A stretch of 57,885 bases of DNA, from the NCBI GenBank assembly GCA_023410295.1, contig JAEYPY010000053.1, forward strand, positions 1 to 57,885, in the 5' to 3' direction. The notes beneath the pieces are model-generated. The model ran no database searches. It had not been told where the DNA came from and saw nothing but the letters and a program-made list of their open reading frames with translations. Origin of the DNA: Pseudomonadota bacterium (lineage in GTDB: Bacteria; Pseudomonadota; Alphaproteobacteria; Caulobacterales; Aquidulcibacteraceae). The translations under genes were made by a program, and so were the position numbers. Positions 23,261-32,943 of the stretch are shown piece by piece. Each line of letters opens with the position of its first letter. Within the stretch, counting starts at the first letter, position 1.

Positions 23261-23307
23261 GCGCGTGTTCTCTTGCGTATCAGTCCTAGTGGGGCGCCTA
23301 TGGCCGG

Positions 23308-24135
23308 ATGGGCAAATTGACTTGGAACGCCATCGATAAAGCTTTGCGCGTCGAGCCGGGAGCCGAAGCGGCGCTCGCGCAGCGGGATTGCGTCGGGGAC
23401 GACTTCTTTCCCGACAAGGATGAAGCCAAGGCGATCCTCAAAGACAACGCCAAGGCGATCGATGCGTTGCAGGATCGTCTCTACGCCGAGCAGAAGCGCG
23501 CGCTATTGGTGGTGCTGCAGGGCATCGATACCTCCGGCAAGGACGGCACGGTGCGCGGTGTTTTCAACGCGTGCGGGCCGCTCGGCGTCAACGTAAAGGC
23601 CTTCGGCAAGCCCACCGAACTTGAGTTGCGGCACGACTATCTTTGGCGCGTGCATCAAGCCGCGCCGCGCACCGGCATGATCGGCATCTTCAACCGCTCG
23701 CATTATGAAGATGTGCTGGTGGTGAAGGTGAAGAAGCTGGCGCCGGAAGAGGCGATCGAGCAGCGCTACGAACAGATCAACGCGTTCGAAAAGCATCTCA
23801 CCGAGAACGGCGTCACAATCCTCAAATTCATGCTCCACATCTCGAAGGAGGAGCAGCGCGAACGCCTTCAGCAACGCCTTGAGGATCCAGCCAAGCATTG
23901 GAAATTCAATCCGAGCGATCTGGAAGACCGCGCGCTTTGGGACGAGTTCGCCGCGGCTTACGAGACGATGCTCAACCGCTGTTCGACGGAGTATGCGCCG
24001 TGGCGTGTCATTCCGGCGGATAAGAAGTGGCGGCGGAATGTGATCATCTCCGCGATCGTGCGCGGCGTGCTCGAAGAGATGAATCCGCAATATCCGGAGA
24101 TGGATTGGGAGCCCTCGGACTTCACCATCATTTAG
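23308..24135 (+). CDS. ppk2: Polyphosphate kinase 2 (class III-like)
   Basis: LQGIDTSGKDG Walker A, HDYLWR, FNRSHYEDVL. Confidence 0.93.
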   Translation: MGKLTWNAIDKALRVEPGAEAALAQRDCVGDDFFPDKDEAKAILKDNAKAIDALQDRLYAEQKRALLVVLQGIDTSGKDGTVRGVFNACGPLGVNVKAFGKPTELELRHDYLWRVHQAAPRTGMIGIFNRSHYEDVLVVKVKKLAPEEAIEQRYEQINAFEKHLTENGVTILKFMLHISKEEQRERLQQRLEDPAKHWKFNPSDLEDRALWDEFAAAYETMLNRCSTEYAPWRVIPADKKWRRNVIISAIVRGVLEEMNPQYPEMDWEPSDFTII

Positions 24136-24760
24136 CGCTGATATCGTCGGCCTTGCGAATGATGCCGAGCGAGATGACGCGTTTTAGCGCTTCGTCGGGG
24201 CCAATCGAGAGCGGCTTCATCGCCGTGCGCGGCAGATAGAGCAGAAAGCCCGAGGTCGGGATCGGCGCCTGCGGCACGTAGACGGCGATCAGCTCTTGGC
24301 CAATGTCGCTGACCACCTCCGCCGTGTTTTCATTGGTGATGAAGCCGATGGCGTAACAGCCGGGCAACGGAAACTCGACCAGCACCGCCTGCTTGAAGGA
24401 GGTTCGCTCGGGGGCGGCGACCTGCTTGAACACTTGCTTGGCGCCGCCATAGATGGTGCGCACCAGCGGCAGGTTGGCGATGCCCTTGTCCGCAGCGTCA
24501 ACGAACCAGCGCCCAATGAGGTTGCCGGCGAGCGCGCCGACAAGCGTCAACGCGGCGATGGCCAGGAGCAGCCCCCCGCCAGGGAAGCGGGTCAGTATCT
24601 CGAAAGTTGGCGGGACCAACGGCTCGACCCGCGTGTCGATGAAGGTGACGACAAGCCAAATCAGCCAGGCCGTGACCACGAACGGCAGCACCAGCGCGAC
24701 GCCGGCCAGGAACGAGTTTCGGAGCCAGAGCAGAATTTTGGGACGGCGGGGAGAATCCAT
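24128..24760 (-). CDS. DUF502 family membrane protein
   Basis: LRNSFLAG..LVLP, PLVRTIY...KQV, VLVEFP, VYVP..P.PTSGFL. Confidence 0.88.
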   Translation of the reverse strand: MDSPRRPKILLWLRNSFLAGVALVLPFVVTAWLIWLVVTFIDTRVEPLVPPTFEILTRFPGGGLLLAIAALTLVGALAGNLIGRWFVDAADKGIANLPLVRTIYGGAKQVFKQVAAPERTSFKQAVLVEFPLPGCYAIGFITNENTAEVVSDIGQELIAVYVPQAPIPTSGFLLYLPRTAMKPLSIGPDEALKRVISLGIIRKADDISAK

Positions 24761-24840
24761 CGGCTCGATGTAGGCGATGGGGGAGCGCACCGAAAGCCGG
24801 CCCCTAGCAGAGGGCCTGCGGCGTGCTTATTTTAGCGCGC

Positions 24841-25821
24841 ATGTTCGGTCGCAAGGCTCCTTCCGTCTCAGCGCCCAAGCGTCGCGGTCCGCGCGATGGG
24901 TTTTCCGAAACGGTCATTCGCGTGGTCGACCAGATCGGACCGGCGGTCATCGGCGTGCGACGCACCAGCCGCATGCGTGAATTGTATGATGGCGCCGGCT
25001 CAGGCGTCATCATCTCCGCGGACGGCTATGCGCTGACGAACAATCACGTTGTCCGCGGCGCGGGGCGCATCGAAGGCATTCTGCATGATGGTTCGGTGAC
25101 GACGGCAGAGATCGTCGGCACGGACCCTGATACGGATTTGGCGCTGCTACGCCTTAACGGCGGCAGGCACGCGGCGGCGCATCTGGGCAATTCAGACGAT
25201 CTGAAGGTCGGGGAGCTTTCGATCGCGATCGGCAATCCGCTGGGGCTGCAGGCGACGGTGACGGTCGGCGTCATCTCGGCTTTGCGCCGGACGCTGCGCG
25301 GCGAAAGTGGTCGGCTGATCGAGGACGTTATTCAGACCGATGCTGCGCTTAATCCAGGCAATTCCGGCGGCGCGCTGGTCGATAGCGATGGCAATGTCGT
25401 CGGCATCAACACCGCCATAATTGGCGGCGCGCAGGGGCTTTGCTTTGCCGTGCCCAGCAATACGGCAAAGCTCATTGTGCCGGATCTGATGCGCAATGGC
25501 CGGGTGGCGCGCGGCTGGTTCGGCATTGCCGGGCAGACGCAGGAATTGTCGCGCGCCTTGGCGCGGCGGCTGGGGCTCGATGTCGAGGGGGGCGTGCTGG
25601 TGGCGGCGATCAGCACTGGCGGGCCTGCGGACGAGGCGGGCCTGCGCGTCGGAGATGTTGTGCTGAAGCTCGATGGCGTGGCGACGCCGTCCGTCGATGC
25701 CATTCACAAACTGCTCACGCGCGAACGCATTGGACGCAAGATTGCGCTCGACGTGCTTCGCGATGGCGTAATCGTGAAGCTCAATCTGCTGGTGACCGAG
25801 CGACCGGAGCGCGCGGCTTAA
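24841..25821 (+). CDS. HtrA/DegP-like trypsin serine protease with one PDZ domain
   Basis: Triad motifs TNNHV, DTDLA, IQTDAALNPGNSGG; GPADEAGLRVGDV. Confidence 0.92.
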   Translation: MFGRKAPSVSAPKRRGPRDGFSETVIRVVDQIGPAVIGVRRTSRMRELYDGAGSGVIISADGYALTNNHVVRGAGRIEGILHDGSVTTAEIVGTDPDTDLALLRLNGGRHAAAHLGNSDDLKVGELSIAIGNPLGLQATVTVGVISALRRTLRGESGRLIEDVIQTDAALNPGNSGGALVDSDGNVVGINTAIIGGAQGLCFAVPSNTAKLIVPDLMRNGRVARGWFGIAGQTQELSRALARRLGLDVEGGVLVAAISTGGPADEAGLRVGDVVLKLDGVATPSVDAIHKLLTRERIGRKIALDVLRDGVIVKLNLLVTERPERAA

Positions 25822-26147
25822 GCGACGACGCCGACACCCTTGTCGGCGAACAGCGCCTTGAGTTCGCCGCTCTGAAACATTTCGCGGACAATGTCGCAGC
25901 CGCCGATGAATTCGCCTTTGACGTAGAGCTGGGGAATGGTCGGCCAGCTGGCGAATTCCTTGACGCCTTGGCGAATGTCTTCGTCGGCCAGGACGTTCAC
26001 GTCCGTATAATCGACGCCCATGTGGTCGAGGATGCGCACGACCTGGTTGGAGAAGCCGCACATCGGCTGATCGGCCGTGCCCTTCAAGAAGAGCACCACG
26101 TCGTTCTCGGCGACGGTGCGGCGGATGGTTTCAAGCGCGTCGGTCAT
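25818..26147 (-). CDS. grxD: Monothiol glutaredoxin Grx4
   Basis: CGFS, WPTIPQLYVKGEFIGGCDI. Confidence 0.96.
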   Translation of the reverse strand: MTDALETIRRTVAENDVVLFLKGTADQPMCGFSNQVVRILDHMGVDYTDVNVLADEDIRQGVKEFASWPTIPQLYVKGEFIGGCDIVREMFQSGELKALFADKGVGVVA

Positions 26148-26189
26148 GTCTGCTCCTTCGCCCGCACTTAAGCGCCGATCGCTTGCGCA

Positions 26190-26429
26190 TCAAGGCGCGC
26201 TCTTCGGTCCCGTTTCGAGCGCGAGGGCGTGTAATTGGCCGCCCATACGCCCTTTGAGGGCTGCGTAGACCATCTGGTGCTGGGCCACACGCGATTTGCC
26301 AACGAAAGCGTCTGAGCGGACTACGGCGCGATAGTGATCACCGTCGCCGGCGAGATCGTCGATGCGTATTTCCGCATCGGCGAAGGCTTCGCGGAGCAGC
26401 GCCTCAAGCTCTTGTGTAGTCATGGCCAT
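26190..26429 (-). CDS. bolA: BolA family protein
   Basis: DLAGDGDHY, SRVAQHQMVY, LHALAL; adjacent to grxD. Confidence 0.93.
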   Translation of the reverse strand: MAMTTQELEALLREAFADAEIRIDDLAGDGDHYRAVVRSDAFVGKSRVAQHQMVYAALKGRMGGQLHALALETGPKSAP

Positions 26430-26864
26430 GGTGTCGCCCCGTCAAGGTCCGGATTTTGGCGCGAGAACCCAGGTTACAACTAGCGATACTGTGCCGGCCT
26501 GCGACAAATGGAACGTATGACGATCACGAAAGTTTTGATTGCGCCCCCTCGCGCCTTTCGGGCATCAGCGCAGTTTGGGGGACGGGTGGCCGCAAAGGTC
26601 GCCCACTGCGTGGGAGACGTTGACAAGCGCACTATTTCCGAAAATTTAGGCGCCGGCGACAGCCGCACCCTGGTGGAAGACCGCGGTCACAAGCGGACGA
26701 TCCAGAGCGGACCTGGTGGGCGGAAGCGGCCGATAGGTTCAATTTCTCCGGACCAGGCCATCCAACCGCCATCACGCAATGAGTGAGTTTTAGGGCGGCG
26801 ACGCCGACGGCTCAGGCCGTAACGATCGCCAGAGAACAACAAGGCAGAGGCAAAAGGGCAGACT

Positions 26865-27722
26865 ATGAGCTTGATTTATTCGCTGCTGACGGTGGCGCAG
26901 CAAGGTGCGGCTCCAGCCGCTCAAACGGGCGCGGCTCCGGCCACGCCGACGCCGCCTCCGGCCGTCGCGCCGTCTGCGGCCGAGCTGGAAGCTGCTAAAG
27001 AGCGCGGCGCGGCCGCCGCGGCTGAGGCCGCCGGCCATTCCGAAGTCAGCATGATGGAGCTGCTGCAGCACCTCAACGCTGTCGAAATGGGCGTCATGAT
27101 CATTCTCGGCCTCTGCGCGATCTACGCTGTCGCGCTTCTGTTCGAGAAGATTTACGTGATGCGTAAGGCATCGAAGCAGACGAAGGACTTCCTCGCCTCT
27201 TTCCGTAAGGCCAACTCGGTCGAGGAAGCCGAAGCGATCGTCCGCAAGTTGCCGAACTCCGGCGTCAAGTCGATGTTCGACGCGGGCATGGCGGAAGTCC
27301 GCCGCACGCAGGACCTCGGCCTCTACACTATGCGTGACGCGCGCGACCACACCATGCAGCGTGTCGCCGCCGCCATGACCACCCGCCAAAACGAGCACCT
27401 TGAAGATCTCGGCTCTTCGATGACCTTCCTCGCCTCGATCGGCGCCAACGCGCCGTTCATCGGTCTGTTCGGCACGGTGTGGGGCATCATGGTCGCCTTC
27501 GTCGGTATCGCGAAGACGCAAACCACCTCGCTCGCGGTCGTCGCGCCCGGTATCGCCGGCGCTCTGCTCGCGACCGCTGCGGGTCTCGCCGCCGCTATTC
27601 CGGCGGTGCTGATCTACAACTTCGCCGCCAAGCAAATCTCCAAGCAGGCCACCAAGCTCGATGACTTCGCTGCCGAATTCATCGCGCTCGTCTCGCGCGA
27701 CATGGATCGTCGCGCAGGCTGA
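26865..27722 (+). CDS. exbB: MotA/TolQ/ExbB proton channel protein
   Basis: [38 protein letters not shown]. Confidence 0.88.
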   Translation: MSLIYSLLTVAQQGAAPAAQTGAAPATPTPPPAVAPSAAELEAAKERGAAAAAEAAGHSEVSMMELLQHLNAVEMGVMIILGLCAIYAVALLFEKIYVMRKASKQTKDFLASFRKANSVEEAEAIVRKLPNSGVKSMFDAGMAEVRRTQDLGLYTMRDARDHTMQRVAAAMTTRQNEHLEDLGSSMTFLASIGANAPFIGLFGTVWGIMVAFVGIAKTQTTSLAVVAPGIAGALLATAAGLAAAIPAVLIYNFAAKQISKQATKLDDFAAEFIALVSRDMDRRAG

Positions 27723-27752
27723 ACCTGGCCGTAGCTTTGGAGGAATACGCCT

Positions 27753-28223
27753 ATGGCGGGTAAAGTATCATCTGGAGGGGGCAAAAAAGGCCGCCTCGAG
27801 GTGACGGCAGATCCGAACGTGATTCCGTTTATCGACGTCATGCTCGTGCTGCTGATCATCTTTATGATCGCCGCGCCGATTTCGAGTGTCGATATCGAGG
27901 TGGAAATGCCCACCGCGCGTATCGACCCCTCGAAGCGGCCGCCGCGACCGACCTGGATCTCGCTCACAGCCGGCTCGTCTGGCGTCGAGGTCTATGTGAT
28001 GAACGATCTGGTGGCGATGGATCGGCTTGGCGAGGCGACCTTCGAAGCCGTCAAGCTTAACTCTCCGCAGATCGCGGACGACGAGTTCGAGATCAAGGAT
28101 CAGCGCATCTACATCCGCGCCGATGCCGGTCTCGAATATCGCCACGTCGTGCGGACGATGAATCGCCTGCAGGAAAAAGGCTTCACCAAGATCGGCTTCG
28201 TCGCCGAAGACCGGAGGAGCTAA
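27753..28223 (+). CDS. exbD: ExbD/TolR family protein (copy 1)
   Basis: PNVIPFIDVMLVLLIIFM, IYIRAD. Confidence 0.88.
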   Translation: MAGKVSSGGGKKGRLEVTADPNVIPFIDVMLVLLIIFMIAAPISSVDIEVEMPTARIDPSKRPPRPTWISLTAGSSGVEVYVMNDLVAMDRLGEATFEAVKLNSPQIADDEFEIKDQRIYIRADAGLEYRHVVRTMNRLQEKGFTKIGFVAEDRRS

Positions 28224-28226
28224 GCC

Positions 28227-28700
28227 ATGGGTGCTAAAGTTTCCTCAGGCGGAGGCGGCGGTCGCGGCGGATCCACGATGTCGGATCCGAACGTCATCCC
28301 GTTCATCGACATCCTGCTCGTGCTGCTGATCATTTTCATGGTCACGGCGCCGATCCCAACTGTCGACATTCGCGTTGACCTGCCGCCGCCGAACCCGGTT
28401 CCGATCCGACTTGAGGGTCTGAACCCGACGTTCGTCGGCATTCGCGAAACCTCGGCGGGCATGGTGATCTTCGTGGACGAAGAGACGGTGCAACTTTCGC
28501 AATTGGGGCAGAAGGCGCTTGATCACGCCATCCGCAACAATCCGGCTCTCAATGTCGAGGACATCTATGCCGAAGCGCGCATCTTCGTGCGCGCTGATCA
28601 AAGCACGGCCTACGGCAACGTGGTCAATGTCATGAGCCAACTTCAGCAAGAAGGGTTCGCGAAAGTGGGCATCTTCTCTGAACTTGCGAGCGAAGGATAA
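28227..28700 (+). CDS. exbD: ExbD/TolR family protein (copy 2)
   Basis: PNVIPFIDILLVLLIIFM, IFVRAD. Confidence 0.88.
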   Translation: MGAKVSSGGGGGRGGSTMSDPNVIPFIDILLVLLIIFMVTAPIPTVDIRVDLPPPNPVPIRLEGLNPTFVGIRETSAGMVIFVDEETVQLSQLGQKALDHAIRNNPALNVEDIYAEARIFVRADQSTAYGNVVNVMSQLQQEGFAKVGIFSELASEG

Positions 28701-28708
28701 CGATCACC

Positions 28709-29302
28709 ATGATGCGCCTTCGTCTCCTATCGTTTGCGCTGGCGGGCCTTATCTGCGCGAGCTTGGTCTACATGGCCCTGACGCGCCGGTTCAGCGCGAT
28801 CAGCGATCTCTTCGAGGACACCGACGCTGTAAAGGTGGAAATCGAAGAGAAGGAAAAGCCGCCGCCACCACCGCCGCCGCCGCCGGATCGTCCGCCGCCG
28901 CCGCCGCCGCCTGAACAGCGCGTGCCGCCGCCGGATTTATCCGCGCCGCCGACCCCGACGCCGATCCCGGTCGCCGTCGATCCCCCGCCCGCGCCGCCGA
29001 CGCCGTCGGTGCTCACGGGCGTCACCTGGCTCGAACAGCCGAATGGACGCGACTACGCGCGTTACTATCCATCACGCGCGATGGACCGCGAGCAGGAAGG
29101 GCGTGTCACGCTCGACTGCCTAGTGTCTGCAGACGGCCGGATTTCGTGCTCGGTCACATCGGAGGATCCCCCGAACTGGGGCTTCGGTGAAGCTTCGCTG
29201 CGGATCGCGCGTCACTTCCGGGTCGCGCCGCAGACGGCCGATGGCCGCGCTACAACGGGCGGCCGCATTCGTCGGACGATCGTCTGGCGCTTGGGCAGCT
29301 GA
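28709..29302 (+). CDS. tonB: Energy transducer TonB
   Basis: N-terminal TM, poly-Pro linker, YYPSRAMDREQEGRVTLDC. Confidence 0.9.
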   Translation: MMRLRLLSFALAGLICASLVYMALTRRFSAISDLFEDTDAVKVEIEEKEKPPPPPPPPPDRPPPPPPPEQRVPPPDLSAPPTPTPIPVAVDPPPAPPTPSVLTGVTWLEQPNGRDYARYYPSRAMDREQEGRVTLDCLVSADGRISCSVTSEDPPNWGFGEASLRIARHFRVAPQTADGRATTGGRIRRTIVWRLGS

Positions 29303-29308
29303 TTTAGA

Positions 29309-29344
29309 GCAGGCCGCGTGCTCCAGCGCGCGGCCTGTCTTTAT
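29309..29344 (+). terminator. Putative intrinsic terminator after tonB
   Basis: GCAGGCCGCGTGC-tcca-GCGCGCGGCCTGT then CTTTAT. Confidence 0.65.
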
Positions 29345-29426
29345 GCCGGTTTGAACCGCATTTTGGCCCGGTTTACCCGGCACACGCTGCCGCGGGACGA
29401 CTGACGACCAGCTTAGGAGCAATTTG

Positions 29427-29792
29427 ATGAAGTTCCTTGTAGGCGCCGCCGTGGGCGCGCTCCTCCTCGCCACGCCCAGCTTCGCCCAGACGTCGCCGTC
29501 GTTGCCGGCGTCCGCGTGCGCCCAGCCGCCAGCCGCCCCGAGCTTGCCGGATGGCGCGAGCGCCAACCGTCAGCGCATGGAAGAAGGCAACGAGGCTTAT
29601 CAAACCTGGTATGCTGCTTCGACGGCGTACGTGCAGTGCCGGACGGCTGAAGTCGAAGCGTTGCGTACGCAACTCGATGCCCAGGTCGCGGCTCACAATG
29701 CTGCTGTTCAAGCCGCCAACACGACGACCGAGGCGTGGCGCGCTGAAGTCGAAGAGTTCAACGCGCGCGGCACGACCGAACGCCGTCGCTAG
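29427..29792 (+). CDS. Secreted helical hypothetical protein (paralog A)
   Basis: AGGAG SD, signal peptide, LPDGASA motif shared with the next gene. Confidence 0.8.
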   Translation: MKFLVGAAVGALLLATPSFAQTSPSLPASACAQPPAAPSLPDGASANRQRMEEGNEAYQTWYAASTAYVQCRTAEVEALRTQLDAQVAAHNAAVQAANTTTEAWRAEVEEFNARGTTERRR

Positions 29793-29867
29793 AAGTTGAT
29801 GCGCAAGAGCGATTGCAGGCGCACCGGCGAGTAGTAATGTCAGTTCTCCTTTAGTTGGGGGAAACTG

Positions 29868-30263
29868 ATGAAAATTGCCGTTGCCGCCGCCGCTGTCGCT
29901 CTTCTTTTAGGTTCTGCTGCTTGGGCGCAAACCGCGCCCGCGCCGGTGACTTCGCAGTGCGGCGCTGCCCCGGAGCTGCCGAACCTGCCGGATGGCGCGA
30001 ACGCCACGCGCGAGCAGATGACGCGCGCCAATGACCGCTTCAATGAGTGGAACGCCGCGGCGCGCGCCGTCATCGAGTGCCGCAACAACGAGGCTGCCGC
30101 CCTGCAAGCGCAGTGGCAAGCGCTCGTTAGCGAGCACAACGCGATGGTGGAATCGGTCAACGGCGCAAACAACACCTGGCGCACGGAAGCGGATGAATTC
30201 AACACGCGCAGCGCCAACCGCAATGAGCGCCAACTGCGCCAACCATCGGTCAACGGCGGCTAA
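29868..30263 (+). CDS. Secreted helical hypothetical protein (paralog B)
   Basis: Signal peptide ending AWA, LPDGANA motif, two aligned Cys. Confidence 0.8.
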   Translation: MKIAVAAAAVALLLGSAAWAQTAPAPVTSQCGAAPELPNLPDGANATREQMTRANDRFNEWNAAARAVIECRNNEAAALQAQWQALVSEHNAMVESVNGANNTWRTEADEFNTRSANRNERQLRQPSVNGG

Positions 30264-31546
30264 GCGAAATCCTCGCCGGTATGTTCGCCGGCGTAGCGCC
30301 AGAGCGGCGTGAAGATCGCAAGACCCAGTGCGGCGAGCGTTAGTCCCACAGCTGGGATCAGCGCCGCCGCGCGCGGGCCAAGTTCGCTCGCGGCGAAGCC
30401 CACGATGGCTGAGCCGAGCGGCGCGCCGCCCATGAAGCCCATCGAATAGACCGCGAGCACGCGGCCGAGGTAACGCTGCCCGGCCGCGCTTTGCACGATG
30501 GTGCGGCTCATTGAGATAGCGACGCCCGCCGCCAAGCCCCAGAACACGACAACGGCGATAAACCAGTAGAAGGGCTTTTCCGCCGCGAAGGTGAAGAGCG
30601 CCGCCGCGCCCGCTAGGTGCGAGAGGATCATCGCGCGCCCGGGATGGCGCAGTGGTTTGGCGCGGCTCAAGATGAGGGCCGAGACGAACGAAGCGCTCCA
30701 GAAGGCAGCCAGGAGCGCCGCCAGCCGGCCAGCCTGCATCTCGGCGTCGCCGCCATAGGCGTCGCGCACAATGAGCGGAAACAGCACCTGCAATGAGCCG
30801 ATGACGAACACGCCGACATAAGCGGCGGAGATCAGCATCGGCGACATGATCGGATTGCGGAAAGCGTAGTTGAGGCCAGCCTTGAGATCGCGCACGGCGC
30901 CGGCAACGCTATGTTCGTGGCCCGTCGGTTTAGGCGCGCGCAGCAGCAGCGCGATGAGGCCGCCCAGCGCCAACGCCACCGCTTGCAGCGCAAGATAGGC
31001 CGCGGGCTCGGCGCCGGCGTCGCGCGCAACAAGGATGCCGGCGATCTGTGCGCCGATCTGCACGGCAGTTGTGGTGGCGGCGGCGGTGGCGAGGGGCGTG
31101 TGGCGGCCGCGTTCGGCCTCGCGTTGCACGACGCCGTTGAGCGCCGCGTCACGCACCGGCATCAGAAACGCTGCGCAGCTGCCGACGAGCACGGCGTAGC
31201 CAACGAGAATTGTGTAGGTCAGCGCCTCGGCGGCGACGATGAAGTAAAGCCCGAACGTGGCGATCGCGAAGATGAAATGGAGCTGGCCCAAGGTTGGTCC
31301 CGCTTTCGCGCGCTCGGCGAGCAGGCCGCCGAAAAGGAGAAAGCAGAACATCGGCGCAGAGAGGGCCGATTGTGCGAGACCGACGCCCTGCGCGGTGGCT
31401 CCGAGGAAGAATGCGACCAACGCCGGAAACACCACGAACTGCATGCCGAAGGCGAAGAAGTAACAGCCGACCATCGCGTAATAGAGTGCGAGTTCCGGCG
31501 GCTGCCAACTGCGCTGAGGCGCGGGCGGATCCCCCACTTGGTCCAT
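30260..31546 (-). CDS. MFS transporter
   Basis: About 12 hydrophobic segments; LFGGLLAER, YLGRVLAVY. Confidence 0.88.
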   Translation of the reverse strand: MDQVGDPPAPQRSWQPPELALYYAMVGCYFFAFGMQFVVFPALVAFFLGATAQGVGLAQSALSAPMFCFLLFGGLLAERAKAGPTLGQLHFIFAIATFGLYFIVAAEALTYTILVGYAVLVGSCAAFLMPVRDAALNGVVQREAERGRHTPLATAAATTTAVQIGAQIAGILVARDAGAEPAAYLALQAVALALGGLIALLLRAPKPTGHEHSVAGAVRDLKAGLNYAFRNPIMSPMLISAAYVGVFVIGSLQVLFPLIVRDAYGGDAEMQAGRLAALLAAFWSASFVSALILSRAKPLRHPGRAMILSHLAGAAALFTFAAEKPFYWFIAVVVFWGLAAGVAISMSRTIVQSAAGQRYLGRVLAVYSMGFMGGAPLGSAIVGFAASELGPRAAALIPAVGLTLAALGLAIFTPLWRYAGEHTGEDFA

Positions 31547-31602
31547 GGAGAGTTGCAATAGGGGCGCGTGGGCGCCCTCGTCCAGCGGCAAGAAAGGTTT
31601 TG

Positions 31603-31618
31603 TTGACCATAGCTTAAC
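31603..31618 (+). promoter_or_regulatory. Candidate CtrA binding site
   Basis: TTGA-ccatagc-TTAAC, one mismatch to TTAA-N7-TTAAC, upstream of a DUF2336 gene. Confidence 0.55.
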
Positions 31619-31645
31619 ATGGGCCGTGCTGACCTCGCTGTTGGA

Positions 31646-32860
31646 ATGCTCCGCCCGAATCACAATCCCGCAGAGCCGGCGCAGCCGCTCGAACTCAGCG
31701 CCGCGCACGAGCCGCGTGCGCGCACCGCGCTGGTGCAGCGGTTGTGCGACGTGGTCTCATGGCCGGAGAGCCGGATTCCAACGCATGAACGCCAGCTGGC
31801 GGCGGACATCCTTGTCGGCTTGTTGCGGACCAGCAACGCTGAGCTGAGACGTCGCTGCGCGCTTGGGCTCGTGCGCATCAATGACGCGCCGAAATCGTTG
31901 CTGAGGTATCTGGCGCGCGACGACATCAGCGTCGCTCAACCGTTGCTTGAGGGCGGCGCGGGGTTTGACGATTCAGATCTCGTGGCGACAGTGCGCGCAG
32001 GGATTGCGCCGCATTGGATGGCGATCGCGCGCAGGCGCGGCGTCAGTGAGGCGGTGACTGACGCGCTGCTCCAGACGGGCGATCCGGACGTCATCGAGGC
32101 GGTCCTACGCAACCAGACGACGCGCCTCTCCACCCAGGGCGTCGATCTCATCGTCGCGCGTTCGCGTCAGGCGCCGCGGCTGGCGCCGCTGCTCGTTCCG
32201 CGTCCGGAATTGCGGACGACGCAGGCGCTGGTGCTGTTCTGGTGGGCGACGTTCGAGGCGCGGCTGCAGATCTTGCGGCGCTTCGCGATCGACCGAGGCG
32301 TACTGCTGCAGGAGCTCGGCGACGTGTTCGCGCTGGCGGCGGCCGAGGGATGGTCCGATCCCGATACACGCAAGACGCTGCAGGTGATCGAACGGCGTCA
32401 GCGCAATCGCGCTGCGGCGGCGCAGAGTCCGTATGGCTCGCTCGAAGGGGCGTTGGCGGTGGCGGCCGAGCGGGGCCTCGACCGGCAATTGCTGAACGAG
32501 ATCGCGCACTTGTCAGGCGTGAAGCCGACCACGGCGTCGCAGATTTTTTCGGACGCCGGCGGTGAGGCGATCGGCGTCTTGTGCAAAGCGGTGGGGTTGA
32601 AGCGGCCGGCGCTCATCGCGCTCTGGCGCGCGCTGCGGCGCCCACATGGCGATCCGGACGCTCTGGATAACTCGCTCGGCCGCACGGTTTACGTGTTTGA
32701 CACGTTGGCGACGGCGAAGGCGCAGACGGTTTTGCGATACTGGAATTGGTCGTTCACCGCGGATGCGGCCGGCGTTGAACGCATTGCCTACGACGATCCT
32801 GGGCTCGAGCTTTCCTTGGCGCGCCGTAATGCGGCGTTGTTGTTCCACCGCAACGTCTAG
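31646..32860 (+). CDS. DUF2336 domain protein
   Basis: LARDDISVAQPLL, AIARRRGVSEAVTDALL..GD..VIEAVLRN. Confidence 0.8.
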   Translation: MLRPNHNPAEPAQPLELSAAHEPRARTALVQRLCDVVSWPESRIPTHERQLAADILVGLLRTSNAELRRRCALGLVRINDAPKSLLRYLARDDISVAQPLLEGGAGFDDSDLVATVRAGIAPHWMAIARRRGVSEAVTDALLQTGDPDVIEAVLRNQTTRLSTQGVDLIVARSRQAPRLAPLLVPRPELRTTQALVLFWWATFEARLQILRRFAIDRGVLLQELGDVFALAAAEGWSDPDTRKTLQVIERRQRNRAAAAQSPYGSLEGALAVAAERGLDRQLLNEIAHLSGVKPTTASQIFSDAGGEAIGVLCKAVGLKRPALIALWRALRRPHGDPDALDNSLGRTVYVFDTLATAKAQTVLRYWNWSFTADAAGVERIAYDDPGLELSLARRNAALLFHRNV

Positions 32861-32943
32861 CCAAGCGCCGCTTGGAGGTGGCGAATCCCACGCTGCAAAG
32901 CTAAGGCTTGATCCGCGCGCCGGCGGCGCGGGGAGGCGCAATT

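Noticed and set aside
26508..26998. Two short ORFs upstream of exbB
   Set aside because: No motifs or clear SD, atypical composition, and the second overlaps exbB
28858..28912. CCG trinucleotide repeat
   Set aside because: Encodes the ordinary poly-proline linker of TonB
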